Origin: Planktothrix sp. GU0601_MAG3
Lineage (GTDB): Bacteria > Cyanobacteriota > Cyanobacteriia > Cyanobacteriales > Microcoleaceae
DNA length: 64,000 bases
Assembly (NCBI GenBank): GCA_035193785.1
Contig: CP136572.1
Span: 800,001-864,000, forward strand
Reading direction: 5' to 3'
The notes below the pieces were generated by a model. That model was not told where the DNA came from. It was given only the letters and a program-made list of their open reading frames with translations, and did no database searches. Below, one piece after another: positions 23,421 to 35,600 of this stretch (the first letter of the stretch is position 1; every line of letters starts with the position of its first letter). The position numbers and the translations under genes were made by a program.

Positions 23421-24402
23421 ATGATAAAAGTATTTGTAACGGGTGGTACGGGGTTTGTTGGGGCGAATTTAGTTAGATTGTTATTGAAAAATAACTATGC
23501 AGTTCGGGTGTTAGTTCGTCCCGAAAGTAATTTGGATAACTTGAAAAATTTAGAGGTTGAAATTGTTGAAGGAAACTTAACAAATGCTAACCTATCTCAA
23601 TCTTTAAAAGGCTGTCAGGTTCTATTTCATTGTGCCGCCCATTATTCCCTTTGGCAAAAAGATAAACACCTATTACAACAATATAATATTATCGGAACTC
23701 GTAATATTTTAGCCGCCGCTAGACAGGCGGGAATTGAACGAACAATTTATACAAGTTCCGTTGCTGCTATTGGGGTAAAACCGGGAGTTGCTGTTAATGA
23801 AAATTATCAAAGTCCGGTTGAGAATTTAGTCGGATATTATAAAAAATCCAAATATTGGGCAGAACAGGAAGCCCAAAATGCGGTAAAATTAGGTCAGGAT
23901 ATTGTGATTGTTAATCCCAGTACGCCCATTGGCCCTTGGGATATTAAACCCACGCCCACAGGGGATTTGATTTTACGCTTTCTCCGCCGAAAAATGCCCG
24001 CTTATGTGAATACTGGATTAAATTTTATTGATGTTAGAGATGTTGCTCAAGGTCATTTACTCGCCTTAGAAAAAGGCAAAACTGGAGAACGTTATATTTT
24101 AGGTCATCAGAATTTAACCTTAAAACAATTCTTAGATTTATTGTCAGAAATAACCGGATTACCCGCCCCTGAAAAAACCATCCCAGTTTGGCTTCCCTTG
24201 GGCATTGCTTGGGTGGATGAGATGATTTTAGCTAATTTAGGTAAAACACCTTCTATCCCCTTAGATGGCGTTAAAATGTCAAGACAACCGATGTATTATA
24301 ATGCCTCAAAAGCAGTTTCAAGAATTGGGTTTACCCCAATCTTCAATTAAAACCGCCTTGAAAGATGCCGTTAATTGGTTTATGTTAACAGTTGACCGTT
24401 GA
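23421..24402 (+). CDS. hpnA: Hopanoid-associated NAD-dependent sugar epimerase (apparent frameshift near 24316)
   Basis: TGGTGFVG, YKKSK and PIGPWDIKPTPTG; adjacent to hpnH. Confidence 0.85.
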
Positions 24403-24405
24403 CAG

Positions 24406-24466
24406 GTAAGGGCGGGTTTAGTCAGATCTTTTTAATGAATCGAAATCTTGATAAACCCGCCCCTAC
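24406..24466. repeat. REP-like ~60-nt hairpin, family A
   Basis: GTAAGGGCGGGT...AACCCGCCCCTAC; other copies at 37505, 44471 and 50687. Confidence 0.75.
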
Positions 24467-24519
24467 AAATCCGCGAAATTCGTGAAATCCATCTAAATTC
24501 GTAATCTCAAAGGAGAAAA

Positions 24520-25531
24520 ATGGCCATTCAAATTGAACAAGCAATCACCGTGGGCAAATATTTATTGACACAACGGTTAATGGGGCGAAAAAAATTCCCC
24601 CTAGTGTTAATGTTAGAACCATTATTTCGTTGTAATTTAGCCTGTTCTGGCTGTGGAAAAATTCAACATCCTAAAGAAATTCTCAAGCAAAATTTAAGCC
24701 CAGAAGACTGTTTTAAAGCGGTAGAAGAATGTGGTGCACCCGTGGTTTCAATTCCCGGGGGTGAACCTTTATTACACCCACAAATTGATCAAATAGTTGA
24801 GGGATTAGTTGCTCGCAAAAAGTTTATTTATTTGTGTACAAATGGAATTTTGCTCGAAAAAAGTTTAGACAAATTTAAACCTTCTCCCTATTTAACCTTT
24901 AGTGTACATTTAGATGGATTAAAAGAACACCATGACCACTGTGTAGACCGAGAGGGGGTTTTTGAAATTGCAGTGAAAGCGATTAAAGTTGCCAAATCAA
25001 AAGGATTTAGGGTGACAACCAATACAACGGTATTTGCGGGAACTCAGCCGGAAGAAATGCAGAAATTCTTTGATTTTCTGGATAGTTTAGGTTTAGATGG
25101 AATGATGATTTCTCCGGGTTATAGTTATGAATGGGCACCAGACCAAGAACATTTCCTAAAACGAGAACAAACTAAAGCCCTATTCCGGGAAATTTTATCT
25201 CCCTATCAATCAGGTAAAAAGAAATGGAATTTTAATCATAATCCTTTATTCTTAGATTTTTTAATCGGAGAAAAAGACTATGATTGTACTCCCTGGGGAA
25301 GTCCTAGTTATAGTGTTTTAGGATGGCAAAAACCTTGTTATTTATTAAATGAAGGGTATTATTCCAGCTATCAAGAATTATTGGAAAAAACCGACTGGAC
25401 ACAATACGGAAAATCAAGCGGAAATCCTAAATGTGTAGATTGTATGGTGCACTGTGGTTATGAAACCAACAGCCGCAATGGAAGCGATGAAACTGGAAAA
25501 TATGGGGCGTTCTATTGGGGCTTTATTTTAA
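24520..25531 (+). CDS. hpnH: Adenosyl-hopene transferase, radical SAM (apparent frameshift near 25463)
   Basis: [19 protein letters not shown] (CxxxCxxC), [16 protein letters not shown] and [11 protein letters not shown]. Confidence 0.92.
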
Positions 25532-25651
25532 TTAGCTTATGGGTTATAACTAATACAGATGATTCCCCCTAACCCCATAAAAAAGGGGGGAATTTGGATA
25601 AGATATAGCTGACAATTTTACAGTCTCTGCCATTTTTTATAATCAGAAACA

Positions 25652-26473
25652 ATGCTAACAGAATTAATTAAACTGTTTGAATTTGAATTTATGAGAAATG
25701 CCTTAATAGCAGGACTTTTAGTAAGTATTGCCTGTGGCATGATTGGAACATTTGTTGTTGTGAATCGGATTGTTTTTATTAGTGGAGGAATTGCCCATGC
25801 TGCCTATGGAGGCATTGGTATGGGTTATTTTTTTCAATTTAATCCTGTAATTGGGGCGATTGCATTTTCTGTAGTTTCCGCGTTAGGAATGGGGTTAGTA
25901 TATCGTAAAACCCAACAACGGGCAGATACTATTATTGGGGTGATGTGGGCGATAGGAATGGCAATTGGGATTATTTTTATTGACTTAACCCCGGGTTATA
26001 AAGTGGACTTAATGAGTTATTTATTTGGCAGTATTCTAACCGTCCCCCAATCGGATTTAATTCTAATGTTAATCTTAAATCTTTTAATTGGGGGGATAAT
26101 TCTTTTATTTTATAAGGAATTAGTTGCCATTTCATTTGACCCCGTATTTGCCGAAACTCGGAATTTACCCGTTGACCAACTGTATCTAATGTTAATAGTT
26201 GCCATTGCCTTAACCGTGGTGATGGTGATGAAAGTGGTTGGTTTAATTTTGGTGATTGCCCTATTAACAATTCCGGCGGCAATTTCAGGACAATTTGTTA
26301 AAGACTTAAAACAAATGATGTTACTATCGAGTATTTTAGGAATGGTTTTTACCACCCTGGGATTAGGAATTTCCTACTTTTTTAATTTAACCTCCGGGGC
26401 TACGATTATTTTAGTCGCAGGTTGCGCTTATTTATTCAGTTTAAGCCTAAAAAATATGATAAAACCAGCCTGA
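25652..26473 (+). CDS. Zn/Mn ABC transporter permease (ZnuB family)
   Basis: GGIAHAAYGG, MSYLFGSIL and VGLILVIALLTIPA; multiple TMs. Confidence 0.88.
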   Translation: MLTELIKLFEFEFMRNALIAGLLVSIACGMIGTFVVVNRIVFISGGIAHAAYGGIGMGYFFQFNPVIGAIAFSVVSALGMGLVYRKTQQRADTIIGVMWAIGMAIGIIFIDLTPGYKVDLMSYLFGSILTVPQSDLILMLILNLLIGGIILLFYKELVAISFDPVFAETRNLPVDQLYLMLIVAIALTVVMVMKVVGLILVIALLTIPAAISGQFVKDLKQMMLLSSILGMVFTTLGLGISYFFNLTSGATIILVAGCAYLFSLSLKNMIKPA

Positions 26474-26541
26474 TATGGTTCAATTTTCCTGATTTATGTT
26501 AAAGTCCTCTGTTGAACCTTGAATCACCTTTAAATTAACTT

Positions 26542-27466
26542 ATGAAAACAAAAATTGCCCTCTGTTTAACCTCCCTAATTCTAGGCTTTTCCTACCCGGT
26601 AATCGCACAGAATTCTAACCCTTGTCCGAGTTCAGTTTCTACTTGTCAAAACTCTAAATCGACGGCAACCGTGGCGATTTTAGAAGATGGTCGGTCTTAT
26701 GAATATGAAGCCGGACAGGGGATTTATCGAGTTCGCTATAATTACACTGGAGAAAATTGGACTCATGCTGATGTGGCTCCAATTCGGATTAATACTAACA
26801 AACCAATTGCCATTTTACCCATGCAATATACTAGCAATGGTTTACAATCCGGGGCAAGTGTTAACGGTGTTTCTGTGGGTCGAATTTGGAATTCTATTAC
26901 CGTTGAAGAAATGAAACGACGGTTAGAAGCATTAGGGTTTTATGTGTTAACTCCGACGATTTCTATGTATGGAGAAAATATAGATGGATTTCAGGCTTTA
27001 GAACATTTTATTGCCGGAGTTTCATAAGGGAAATGCTTCGGTGCAAACGGTGGTTTTAACGGCCGATGCTAATGTGGCGAATGCTGCTAACCCCCGTCCG
27101 GGTGCTCAAATGTTAGTTACCGGACTTCATCAACGGGATTTATGGTGGGAATATCGCATCCAAAATCGTTTAGTTGGGTTTTATCAACAGCAGGGTTTAG
27201 TTAATATTGGGCCGAGAGTTCGTGGGGGGAAAAATAATCGTGAGGGTCATTCTTTGGCTTGGCATCCGATGATTGAAAGGGCGGCGGAATATAATCCGAA
27301 AGTGGCGATTATTGAAGTTGCCCAGGCCGTAGAAATTATTCAACGGGCGGGGTCAATTCAAGCCGGACGACAATGGGCGGCTCCTGTGTTCGACGGTGTA
27401 GCGTTAGGCATGGCAGAAGAAGCCTGCGCTACGGGGGCGAAGCTGGGGATATGTCAGGGGGGGTAG
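26542..27466 (+). CDS. Secreted hypothetical protein, possibly a degenerate Amidase_3 fold (apparent frameshift near 27021)
   Basis: Signal peptide. ORFs 26542..27027 and 27011..27466 join at GGAGTTTCAT. Confidence 0.6.
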
Positions 27467-27672
27467 GGGAGTGGGGGAGTAGGGGAGCAGGGGGAGCAGG
27501 GGGAGTAGGGGGAGCAGGGGGAGCAGGGGGAGCAGGGGGAGCAGGGGGAGCAGGGGGAGCAGGGGGAGTAGGGGAGCAGGGGGAGGTAGGAGGAGTAGGG
27601 GAGTGGGGGAGCAGGGGAGGCAGGGGGAGCAGGGGGAGCAGGGGAGCAGGGGGAGCAGGGGGAACAGGGGGA
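27458..27672. repeat. G-rich short tandem repeat (GGGGGAGCA)n, STRR-like
   Basis: About 20 imperfect 8-9-nt units between convergent genes. Confidence 0.9.
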
Positions 27673-27681
27673 GAGAAAAAT

Positions 27682-30373
27682 CTAGTCCACTGCCTCGTTA
27701 ATCGGATATCGGTCTATTAACTGACGGGCGCGTAGGGCATTCTTTTTCAGAGATTTACTTAGGTAAGGAACATGGGGGATTTGAGAGAGAAAATCCAAGG
27801 TTCTTCGGCACATTCGGACAATATCTCCTTCGTCCAAACTGGTATTAGAGACCAATTCTAACCAATCGGTTTCTAAGGCCCATTGCTCAATTAAACCCGT
27901 TAAATCCCGTTCTAACCAGATGGGTAAAGCAACCCGATACCGTCGTTGCTGCTTAAATAATTCCTGACGCAGATGGCGCAACTGTCCTAGGGCGTTTTCC
28001 ACTTCCTCCGATAAGTCGTAGCGTGTCCAACTATCGGGACGGGAAACCTCCGTAACCAAAGCTGCACAGGCCGCCGCCAAATGATGGGGGTCGAGTTGGT
28101 CAAAAATCCCCGATTTTAGGGCTAACCCCAACCATAATTCGTTATCTCCCCGCAGGGCGGCGGTGGCTTGTCCTAAATCCGTGGGCTTTAACTCATCTAG
28201 GGCTTGGAAGTATTGCAAAATTGAAATTAAAGCCATAAATTCATCCCAATGACGGGCTAAATCTTCCTCTAATTCCGCTCGCATTTCTTCAATCATTTCA
28301 TTTAATTCTGCCCAGCGTTGCCACCGTTTTAACAATTTATTCGGTTTGCCCCATTCATGGATGGGATGGGCGTCTAATTCTAACTCTAATCTTTCAACTT
28401 GTTCTTGTTGAGCGATAACTTCTGGAGGCGGTTCAGGTATATTTAATTCGGGAATTTGTTGGGTAGTGGCTATGGTTAACTCGTCTCCTTTACGACATTG
28501 ACCGAGTTTAAACGGAATATTAGGAATCTCCAGACAATCTACATTTAACCGTTTAGAATCAGATTGCAAAATCACAATATCAGAGGCACTCACCACATAC
28601 CAGCGATTATCCCGCCCCAAACAGAGGAAATAGGGGGCCTGTCCCGAACTGGGGGTTTTGGCGACTAACAAGGCGGGAATAGGGTCAGACTCGAAACTGC
28701 GGGCTGTAGGAACATTTTTTCCCCGTAACCCGACCGTTGTACCCAATGGGGTCGTGTCCATCAAGTTAGCCATCCGTTGCATTCGGCTATCTTCGGCTTG
28801 ATGTTGTAGGAGTTTTAATAAACGGCGTTTCTTCCCGCAGGTACTCATAAACTTTTTCAAAACTGGCTAGGGTTTCCTCCAACAATGCCATATTTTGTTC
28901 GCCACTAAAGCCAAATTGAGCTTCAATTAACGACAATTCCGCTTGCAGAATTTCTATTTCCTGTTGAGTAGGAATTAAATTAATTGTAGATAGATATTGT
29001 CCAAAACTCCGTTCAACTAATTCCTTAGATTTTTCTAAACTATGCCGTTGTAATAAGTTCAAAACCATGCCATAACTGGGGCTGAATTGACTTACTAAGG
29101 GGTCGGGTTTAGATGTGGCTAAATAGGCTGCTTCCTTTGCCCCCTCAAAGGGGGTTTGTACCGTGACTACATAGCCTTCGGTATCCATGCCCCGCCGTCC
29201 CGCCCGTCCCGACATTTGCAGAAATTCCGAGGGTTTTAACAGGCGATGACCGTCATCGGTGCGTTTTGATAAACTAGAAATTACCGTAGTTCTCGCGGGC
29301 ATATTAATCCCGGCGGCGAGGGTTTCCGTGGCAAATACCACCTTAATTAATCCCTGTTGAAATAACTCCTCAACTAACCCTTTCCAAGTGGGTAAAAGTC
29401 CGGCGTGGTGGGCGGCTATTCCCCGATATAAAATTTCCACTTGTTCGGGACGAATACCTTCGGGACTAGAGGCTAAAAACGCATCAATTCGTTCTTTTAA
29501 CCGGGCGGTTTCGGCTTCATTTACTAAGGATAAATTACGCACTTCTGCAACGGAGCGATCGCATCCTTTCCGACTAAAGATAAAATAAATTGCGGGTAAC
29601 ATATCCCGTTCTTGTAGATGGGAGATGACGGCGGTTAAACTGGGAATATCATTGCGTCTACCCTTTTGGGGAAGGCCCTTTTTTTCTTTGAGGCGAGGAT
29701 TAATTCTTTTCAGGGAGTCATCTAAGAGGGGAAAAAAGCCCTTAATATTGCAAAAATGATATTGTAGCGGTACGGGCCGAAAGTCGGAATAAATTAACTC
29801 CGTGGGGCCATGAACTTGGGAAATCCAGTGGGTTAATTGTTCACTATTGGCCACGGTTGCCGATAAGGCCACCAATTGAATTTCCCGGGGACAATAAATA
29901 ATTGATTCTTCCCACACCGTCCCCCGTTGGCGGTCATTCATATAATGGCATTCATCTAAAACCACCGCTTCTACCGCTTCCAGGGAAGTTCCGACTTCTC
30001 CAATCGGTGTACCATAGAGCATATTGCGGAAAATCTCCGTAGTCATCACCACCACGGCCGCGTCCCGGTTAACGGAAATATCCCCCGTTAATAACCCTAC
30101 CTTGTCCGCCCCAAACTGTTCTCGAAAGTCCCGAAACTTTTGATTGGATAGGGCCTTCAGGGGTGTGGTGTAGAAGACCCGCCGATTGCCCGCCAAGGCC
30201 CGATGGATGGCATATTCTCCTACTAAGGTTTTTCCCGAACCCGTGGGCGCACAGACCACAACGGACTTTCCCTCATCCAATGCGGTAATTGCATCGTCTT
30301 GAAATTCATCTAGGGGAAAGGGAAATAGCTTGCTTAAATCCAGGGAGGAATCGTTTTCGGTAGAGTGGGACAC
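27682..30373 (-). CDS. Ski2/HelY-like DEAD/DEAH-box RNA helicase with DSHCT C-terminus (apparent frameshift near 28828)
   Basis: APTGSGKT, TPLKALSNQK, DECH, LSAT, TETLAAGINMPA, QMSGRAGRRG and DEGDIVR. Likely GTG start at 30373. Confidence 0.9.
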
Positions 30374-30442
30374 AGGAATATAAATAATAATACTAATTCT
30401 AAGGTTAAAATCCCTATCATAGCATGGATTTTTTTCAAAACA

Positions 30443-30760
30443 GTAGAGACGTGCCATGGCGCGTCTCTAGCAGTGTGGAAACCTGCCATGGCGCGTCTCT
30501 AGCAGTGTGGAAACCTGCCATGGCACGTCTCTAGCAGTGTGGAAACCTGCCATGGCACGTCTCTAGCAGTGTGGAAACCTGCCATGGCGCGTCTCTAGCA
30601 GTGTGGAAACCTGCCATGGCACGTCTGTACCAGTTAACTGATAAAAGAAAGACGCGCCGTGGCTCGTCTCTACACTGATAAAAGAAAGAAAGACGCGCCG
30701 TGGCTCGTCTCTACGGATAAAAGAAAGATAAAAGGAAGACGCGCCGTGGCTCGTCTCTAC
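30443..30760. repeat. REP family B array: five 32-nt tandem units, then three AGACGCGCCGTGGCTCGTCTCTAC units
   Basis: gcagtgtggaaacctgccatggc(g/a)cgtctcta repeats, with GTAGAGACG...CGTCTCTA hairpins. Confidence 0.9.
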
Positions 30761-30796
30761 AGACTGAATAAAGTTACCCTAATTTTTAATGGTTTT

Positions 30797-31930
30797 ATGA
30801 TTCCTAATATTTCAACTATTCCCTTGATTCAACTGTCTTCTGGTGATCAATTGTTTATTCAAAGTTATCAGTTCACGGGCGAGAATCCAGGTAAAAAGGT
30901 TTATTTACAATCTAATTTACACGGGGCTGAAATTAGTGGAAATGCGGTAATTCAGGATTTAATTAATTTTTTAATAACTTTGGATAAGACTCAATTAACG
31001 GGAGAAATTTTATTAGTTCCTGTTTGTAATCCTTTGGGGGTGAATCAGCGATCGCATTATTTTTCCTCCGGCCGATATAATCTCTATGATGGCAAAGACT
31101 GGAATCGAATTTTTTGGGATTATGAAAAAACCGGAGCAAATATTAGTCAATTTGCCCAAGATTATCAGGATTTACCACAAGATGAAATTCAGGAAAAATA
31201 TCGTCAAACTATTTTAAATCAATTCCATCAACTGGCTAAATCCATCAGAAGTTCCCCCGGAGTTTCCTACAATAATTATTATCGCTATCAACTCCAAAAC
31301 CTAGCCTTAGATGCTGATTATGTGATTGATTTGCATAGTTCAACTAATAACGCCCTCGACTATTTATATTGTTTTCACAGTCGAGAGGAAAGTGCTAATG
31401 CCTTTCTATTGGATACGGGAATATTAATGAATGATTATGATGGGGATGCCTTTGATGAAGCCTTTATGAAGCCTTGGTTAGCCTTAGAACGCGAATTGGA
31501 CAAACTAGGAAAAAATATTAGATTTGAGATTGAATCTTGGACATTAGAACTGGGTTCGGGGTTAGAAATGAATCCCGAATCTGTGCAGAAAGGAATTAGG
31601 GGAATCAAAAATTATCTGGCGACCAAAGGACTTTTATCAATCGAAGATTTCCCCGTAACTTCTACCCCAAATCATCGGATTAATCTTACCCCTAAAGATG
31701 AAATTCAACGCTATTATTCCCCGGCCGGAGGCATGATTGAATTTTATGTTAAACTGGGAGAAACTATTCATAAAAACCAGAAACTCTATACTATTTTGAG
31801 TTTCAATAAAATTGGAGAATTACCCCAAATTCGGGAGGTTTGCGCCGAGGGGGACGGACTCATTTTCGACATCAGCAAAAATCATTCCGTAAATCAATGG
31901 GATTATGTTTTAGGGGTGATGCCGTCTTAA
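30797..31930 (+). CDS. Succinylglutamate desuccinylase/aspartoacylase (M14-like) family protein
   Basis: LHGAEISG, NP..., DWNR, VIDLHS and TLELG. The ORF-track extension to 30659 is REP sequence. Confidence 0.85.
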   Translation: MIPNISTIPLIQLSSGDQLFIQSYQFTGENPGKKVYLQSNLHGAEISGNAVIQDLINFLITLDKTQLTGEILLVPVCNPLGVNQRSHYFSSGRYNLYDGKDWNRIFWDYEKTGANISQFAQDYQDLPQDEIQEKYRQTILNQFHQLAKSIRSSPGVSYNNYYRYQLQNLALDADYVIDLHSSTNNALDYLYCFHSREESANAFLLDTGILMNDYDGDAFDEAFMKPWLALERELDKLGKNIRFEIESWTLELGSGLEMNPESVQKGIRGIKNYLATKGLLSIEDFPVTSTPNHRINLTPKDEIQRYYSPAGGMIEFYVKLGETIHKNQKLYTILSFNKIGELPQIREVCAEGDGLIFDISKNHSVNQWDYVLGVMPS

Positions 31931-31987
31931 ATCCTAGTTTTTTGCTAAACTAATTTCTGTAAAACCACTAAATATCCCATTAACATT

Positions 31988-32467
31988 GTGTTAGACGAAG
32001 CCGCTAAAAAAACAATTCTGCGTAAAATTCCCCACGCCCTCTATATTTGTGGAGTCAAAGAGGGAGAGGAAGTCAATGGTTTTACCGCCAGTTGGGTCAC
32101 TCAAGCCTCCTTCCAACCGCCCTTAGTGGTCAACTGTGTTAAAAATGATTCTAAATCCCATACCATGATTAAAACCAGTGGTGTGTTCGCCCTGAGTTTC
32201 TTGGCTGAAGGTCAAAAAGACATCGCCCAGAAATTCTTTAAACCCCAACATCGAGTCGGAAACAAATTTGAAGACGTCGAATTTTACTTAGGAGAAACCG
32301 GTTGTCCGATTATTTCCGCAGCCCTGGGTTATGTGGAATGTCAAGTGGTGGGTTGTGTCGAACACGGCGACCATACGGTATTTGTCGGGGAAGTCATCGC
32401 CGCCGGTGTCCATCAAGAAGCGGAAATTCTCAACCTCGCGAGCACCGGATGGAATTACGGCGGATAG
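31988..32467 (+). CDS. Flavin reductase-like FMN-binding protein
   Basis: NGFTASWVTQASFQPPLV and GDHTVFVGEV. Confidence 0.88.
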   Translation: MLDEAAKKTILRKIPHALYICGVKEGEEVNGFTASWVTQASFQPPLVVNCVKNDSKSHTMIKTSGVFALSFLAEGQKDIAQKFFKPQHRVGNKFEDVEFYLGETGCPIISAALGYVECQVVGCVEHGDHTVFVGEVIAAGVHQEAEILNLASTGWNYGG

Positions 32468-32497
32468 GTAGGGGAGCACCGATAGATTTAAGAATTC

Positions 32498-32589
32498 CAG
32501 GACTTACGCAAAACAACCATATCTAGTAGGGGCGAATGGCCATTCGCCCCTACAGATGGTGTATAATTGGGTATTCTGCGTAAGTCCTG
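32498..32589. mobile_element. MITE with 13-bp TIR CAGGACTTACGCA enclosing a REP hairpin
   Basis: caggacttacgca...tgcgtaagtcctg, with internal gtaggggcgaatggccattcgcccctac. Confidence 0.75.
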
Positions 32590-32662
32590 CTTCCGGGGAA
32601 ATAATAGAAAGCTGGGGAAAGAGAAGTTCAGCCCTCTGGAAATCTTTTTGAGGATTGCTATA

Positions 32663-35600
32663 TTAATGTTGCTCGGTTTCCATGGCTTGAATAATTTTAA
32701 CGGTTTCTATACTAACAGTACAAACCCGCATTAATAAATTAATTACCTGTTCTTTATAGTCCGCAAATCGATAATTATTGAATTGTTTGGCGATAGTTTC
32801 GTCTTTGGGTTTTTTCTCTTTATATTGGTCTAATATCCATTCTAAGGCGGAACGATTTCCTAGGCGATATTCCCAGGCGGTTTTAGGAATATCCGTTAAG
32901 CTGGTGACGGTATCGAGGATAATTTCATTTTTGATTTTATCGGCTTTTAATTTAGGTTTGGGGTTGGTGATTTCGGTTTCCGAACTATTAACACGGGTTA
33001 GGGGATAGGGGTTAATGGTTTCATAGTTAATATGAAGTTCCATGAGTTGTTTTCCCCACGTTACCCACTGTGGAAAGTTATCATAAAAGGGAATACGAGG
33101 AAAATCCCGTTTTAGGTTTTGTTCATATTTTTGTCGATAGATGGGATTATGTAAAACGGCGTAGGTATAATGGAAGATATCAATTTTTTTAATATCTTTA
33201 TCGTTGTAATGGGTTTGAAATTGCGTTAAACCCCAGTCGGTAATATTATCAATAGGATTTCCTTCTTTATCATAAGAGTATAGGGGTAAACATTGAGAAT
33301 CACCTGTTAAATGAAGGTCAATAATAGTATCGCTTGCTAGACAATGAAAGGGTTTAGGATTTCCTAATGCCAAAAAAGCAATGCTATAATTCACAGTATT
33401 ATTATTTAAAAAAAGGCTTAACCATTGATAAGTTCTACCATTAAAGTGTTTATCAAAATATAAATATTGTTTTAAGTAAGGTCTATATAAACTCTTAACT
33501 ATTTGCTGTTTAGAAAAAGATTTAGAGATTTTTCTTTTTAAATATTGGCTTAAATCGGCATCCCATTTAATACTAAACTTATCTTTGTAATCATTATCTT
33601 TTAACGTTTCTTGATAAACGCCAATCAAATATTTCATTTTTCGGGTTAAATTTTCTAAGGACAAATCATAAACCCATTCATCTCGTTGAGTAGCAACTCC
33701 TCTGGAAAATAGTTTAAACACTGCGGTTTCTGCTTTTCCGCTTTTAACTTCTTTATCAATTAATGGTAATAAACTATCAAAATTATTATCAGTTTGATTA
33801 ATCCAGTTATTATTTTCATCGGGTTTATAGTGAATAAAATCAATATTTTGCAATTTATTTTTAGCTAAAAAATCTTTTTTATCCTCTGCTTTAGCATAAT
33901 CATCAAAAGCATGATAAAAAACCTTAAATCCTTGTGAATTTTCATTGCGAATCAAGAAATAAATCGCAACACCAACTCTAATTTGATCACTAAATACATT
34001 ACCTCCTTCCTGTCGTCTTCTTTCGCCACTGTTACGAGCATTTCCTTTTGTATCAATAATCCAAATCTCATTAAATTCTTCTGCAATAACTTTCCTAAAC
34101 CCGTCATAAGCTAAAGCATCAATAAAAGAATTATTGGAAACAAAAGCAATAATACCATTGTGACTTAATCGATCTGACGCCCACCGAATAAAACGGGTAT
34201 ACATATCATAAATAACAATTTGATTTTGAGCTTTCCCATATTTAATATAAGTATCTTTAATTCGTTTATCAACTGCTTGATAATAACGATTTGCATTATT
34301 TTGATTAAAATTTTCTTGTTTAGCATTATAAGGAGGATTTCCCATAATAACCGAAATCTTACGATCATTTTGTCGTTTAATTCTAGCGGTATTTTCCACC
34401 GTCATCGAGAATAAATCTAACTGTTTATCCGCAAAAACCGTATGATCTAAAGTATCCATTAAACAAATATTGTGAAATTCGGCATAATTCCCCATTTTTT
34501 GCAGATAGGTAAACTCAATATTTAAGTTAGCGATATAATAGGGCAAAATTGCCACTTCATTACAATGGATTTCATGCTCGTATTTATAGGGTAATTGAGC
34601 TTTGGGTAAATATTCAATTAATTCAGTAATAAATGTTCCTGTCCCCGTGGCGGGATCTAAAATTTCCACATCCTTATCTGCTAAAATTTTACCAAAATGT
34701 TTATGCAATAAATAATCCGTACTCTCAATCATAAACCGGACAATTTCATTAGGAGTATAAACAATTCCTAACTTATCCGCCGCTTTTGGGTTATAGGCTT
34801 TATAGAAATTCTCATAAACCGCTTTAAGGAATTTTTGCTTTTCGTGATGATTATAAATATTAGCTGCGATGCGTCGAATAACTGCATAATAACGCTCAAT
34901 GGTGCTTAAAGTATTGCGTTTGGTCGCACCCGTAAAAAAAGTTTCAATCACCGCTTGTAACTGACTCGCAATATTATTTTCTCGGTGAAATTGAGACTCA
35001 TTGAAAATATTAATAAAGATATCTTCGGTTAAGATATGCTGAATCATCATTTCTCGGATATCTTCTAAACTAATTTCTGGGTGAATAGAATCTTGACAAA
35101 CCCGCAAAAATTTATCCCGGGCTTGTTGAAAAGGTTTATTAGTAGTAGACTGTTGATCAATTAGCGATCGCAAAGTTTTTAAAATTGTCGGTAAATCTTC
35201 TTGAAAATGGCTAATAGCGTCTCGAAAATCCCGAACTTCTGGACGTAAATAGTTAATAAAAGCATTAATAGTGTTATCCAATGCTTCCGCATCTCGCATG
35301 GATACCCGGAGAATTTCCCCTCCGCCTTGAATTAAAACCGCCGTTTGGGAATCTTCAAATAAAATATTATCATCGGGATAACCTTTCGCCAGTTTCTTCT
35401 CAATTTCTAAATCTAAATTATCATATTGATCTTTACTTTCCCAATAACCATAATCTAATCTGAGAGCATCTTTAATCGTCCCATCAGGAATAACTGTTTT
35501 ACCCTTTTTTGTCTTATATTCTAACTCAGGAATTAAGATAAAATCTTTGCTTCTACAATATTCATTTAACAGGTTGTGAAACGCCCCTCGGATAGAAGTT

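Noticed and set aside
27373..27720. Gly/Ala-rich 115-aa ORF
   Set aside because: It is a translation of the GGGGGAGCA repeat and overlaps two real genes.
30443..30760. 32-nt repeats as a CRISPR array
   Set aside because: The units are head to tail with no unique spacers and derive from the REP hairpin.
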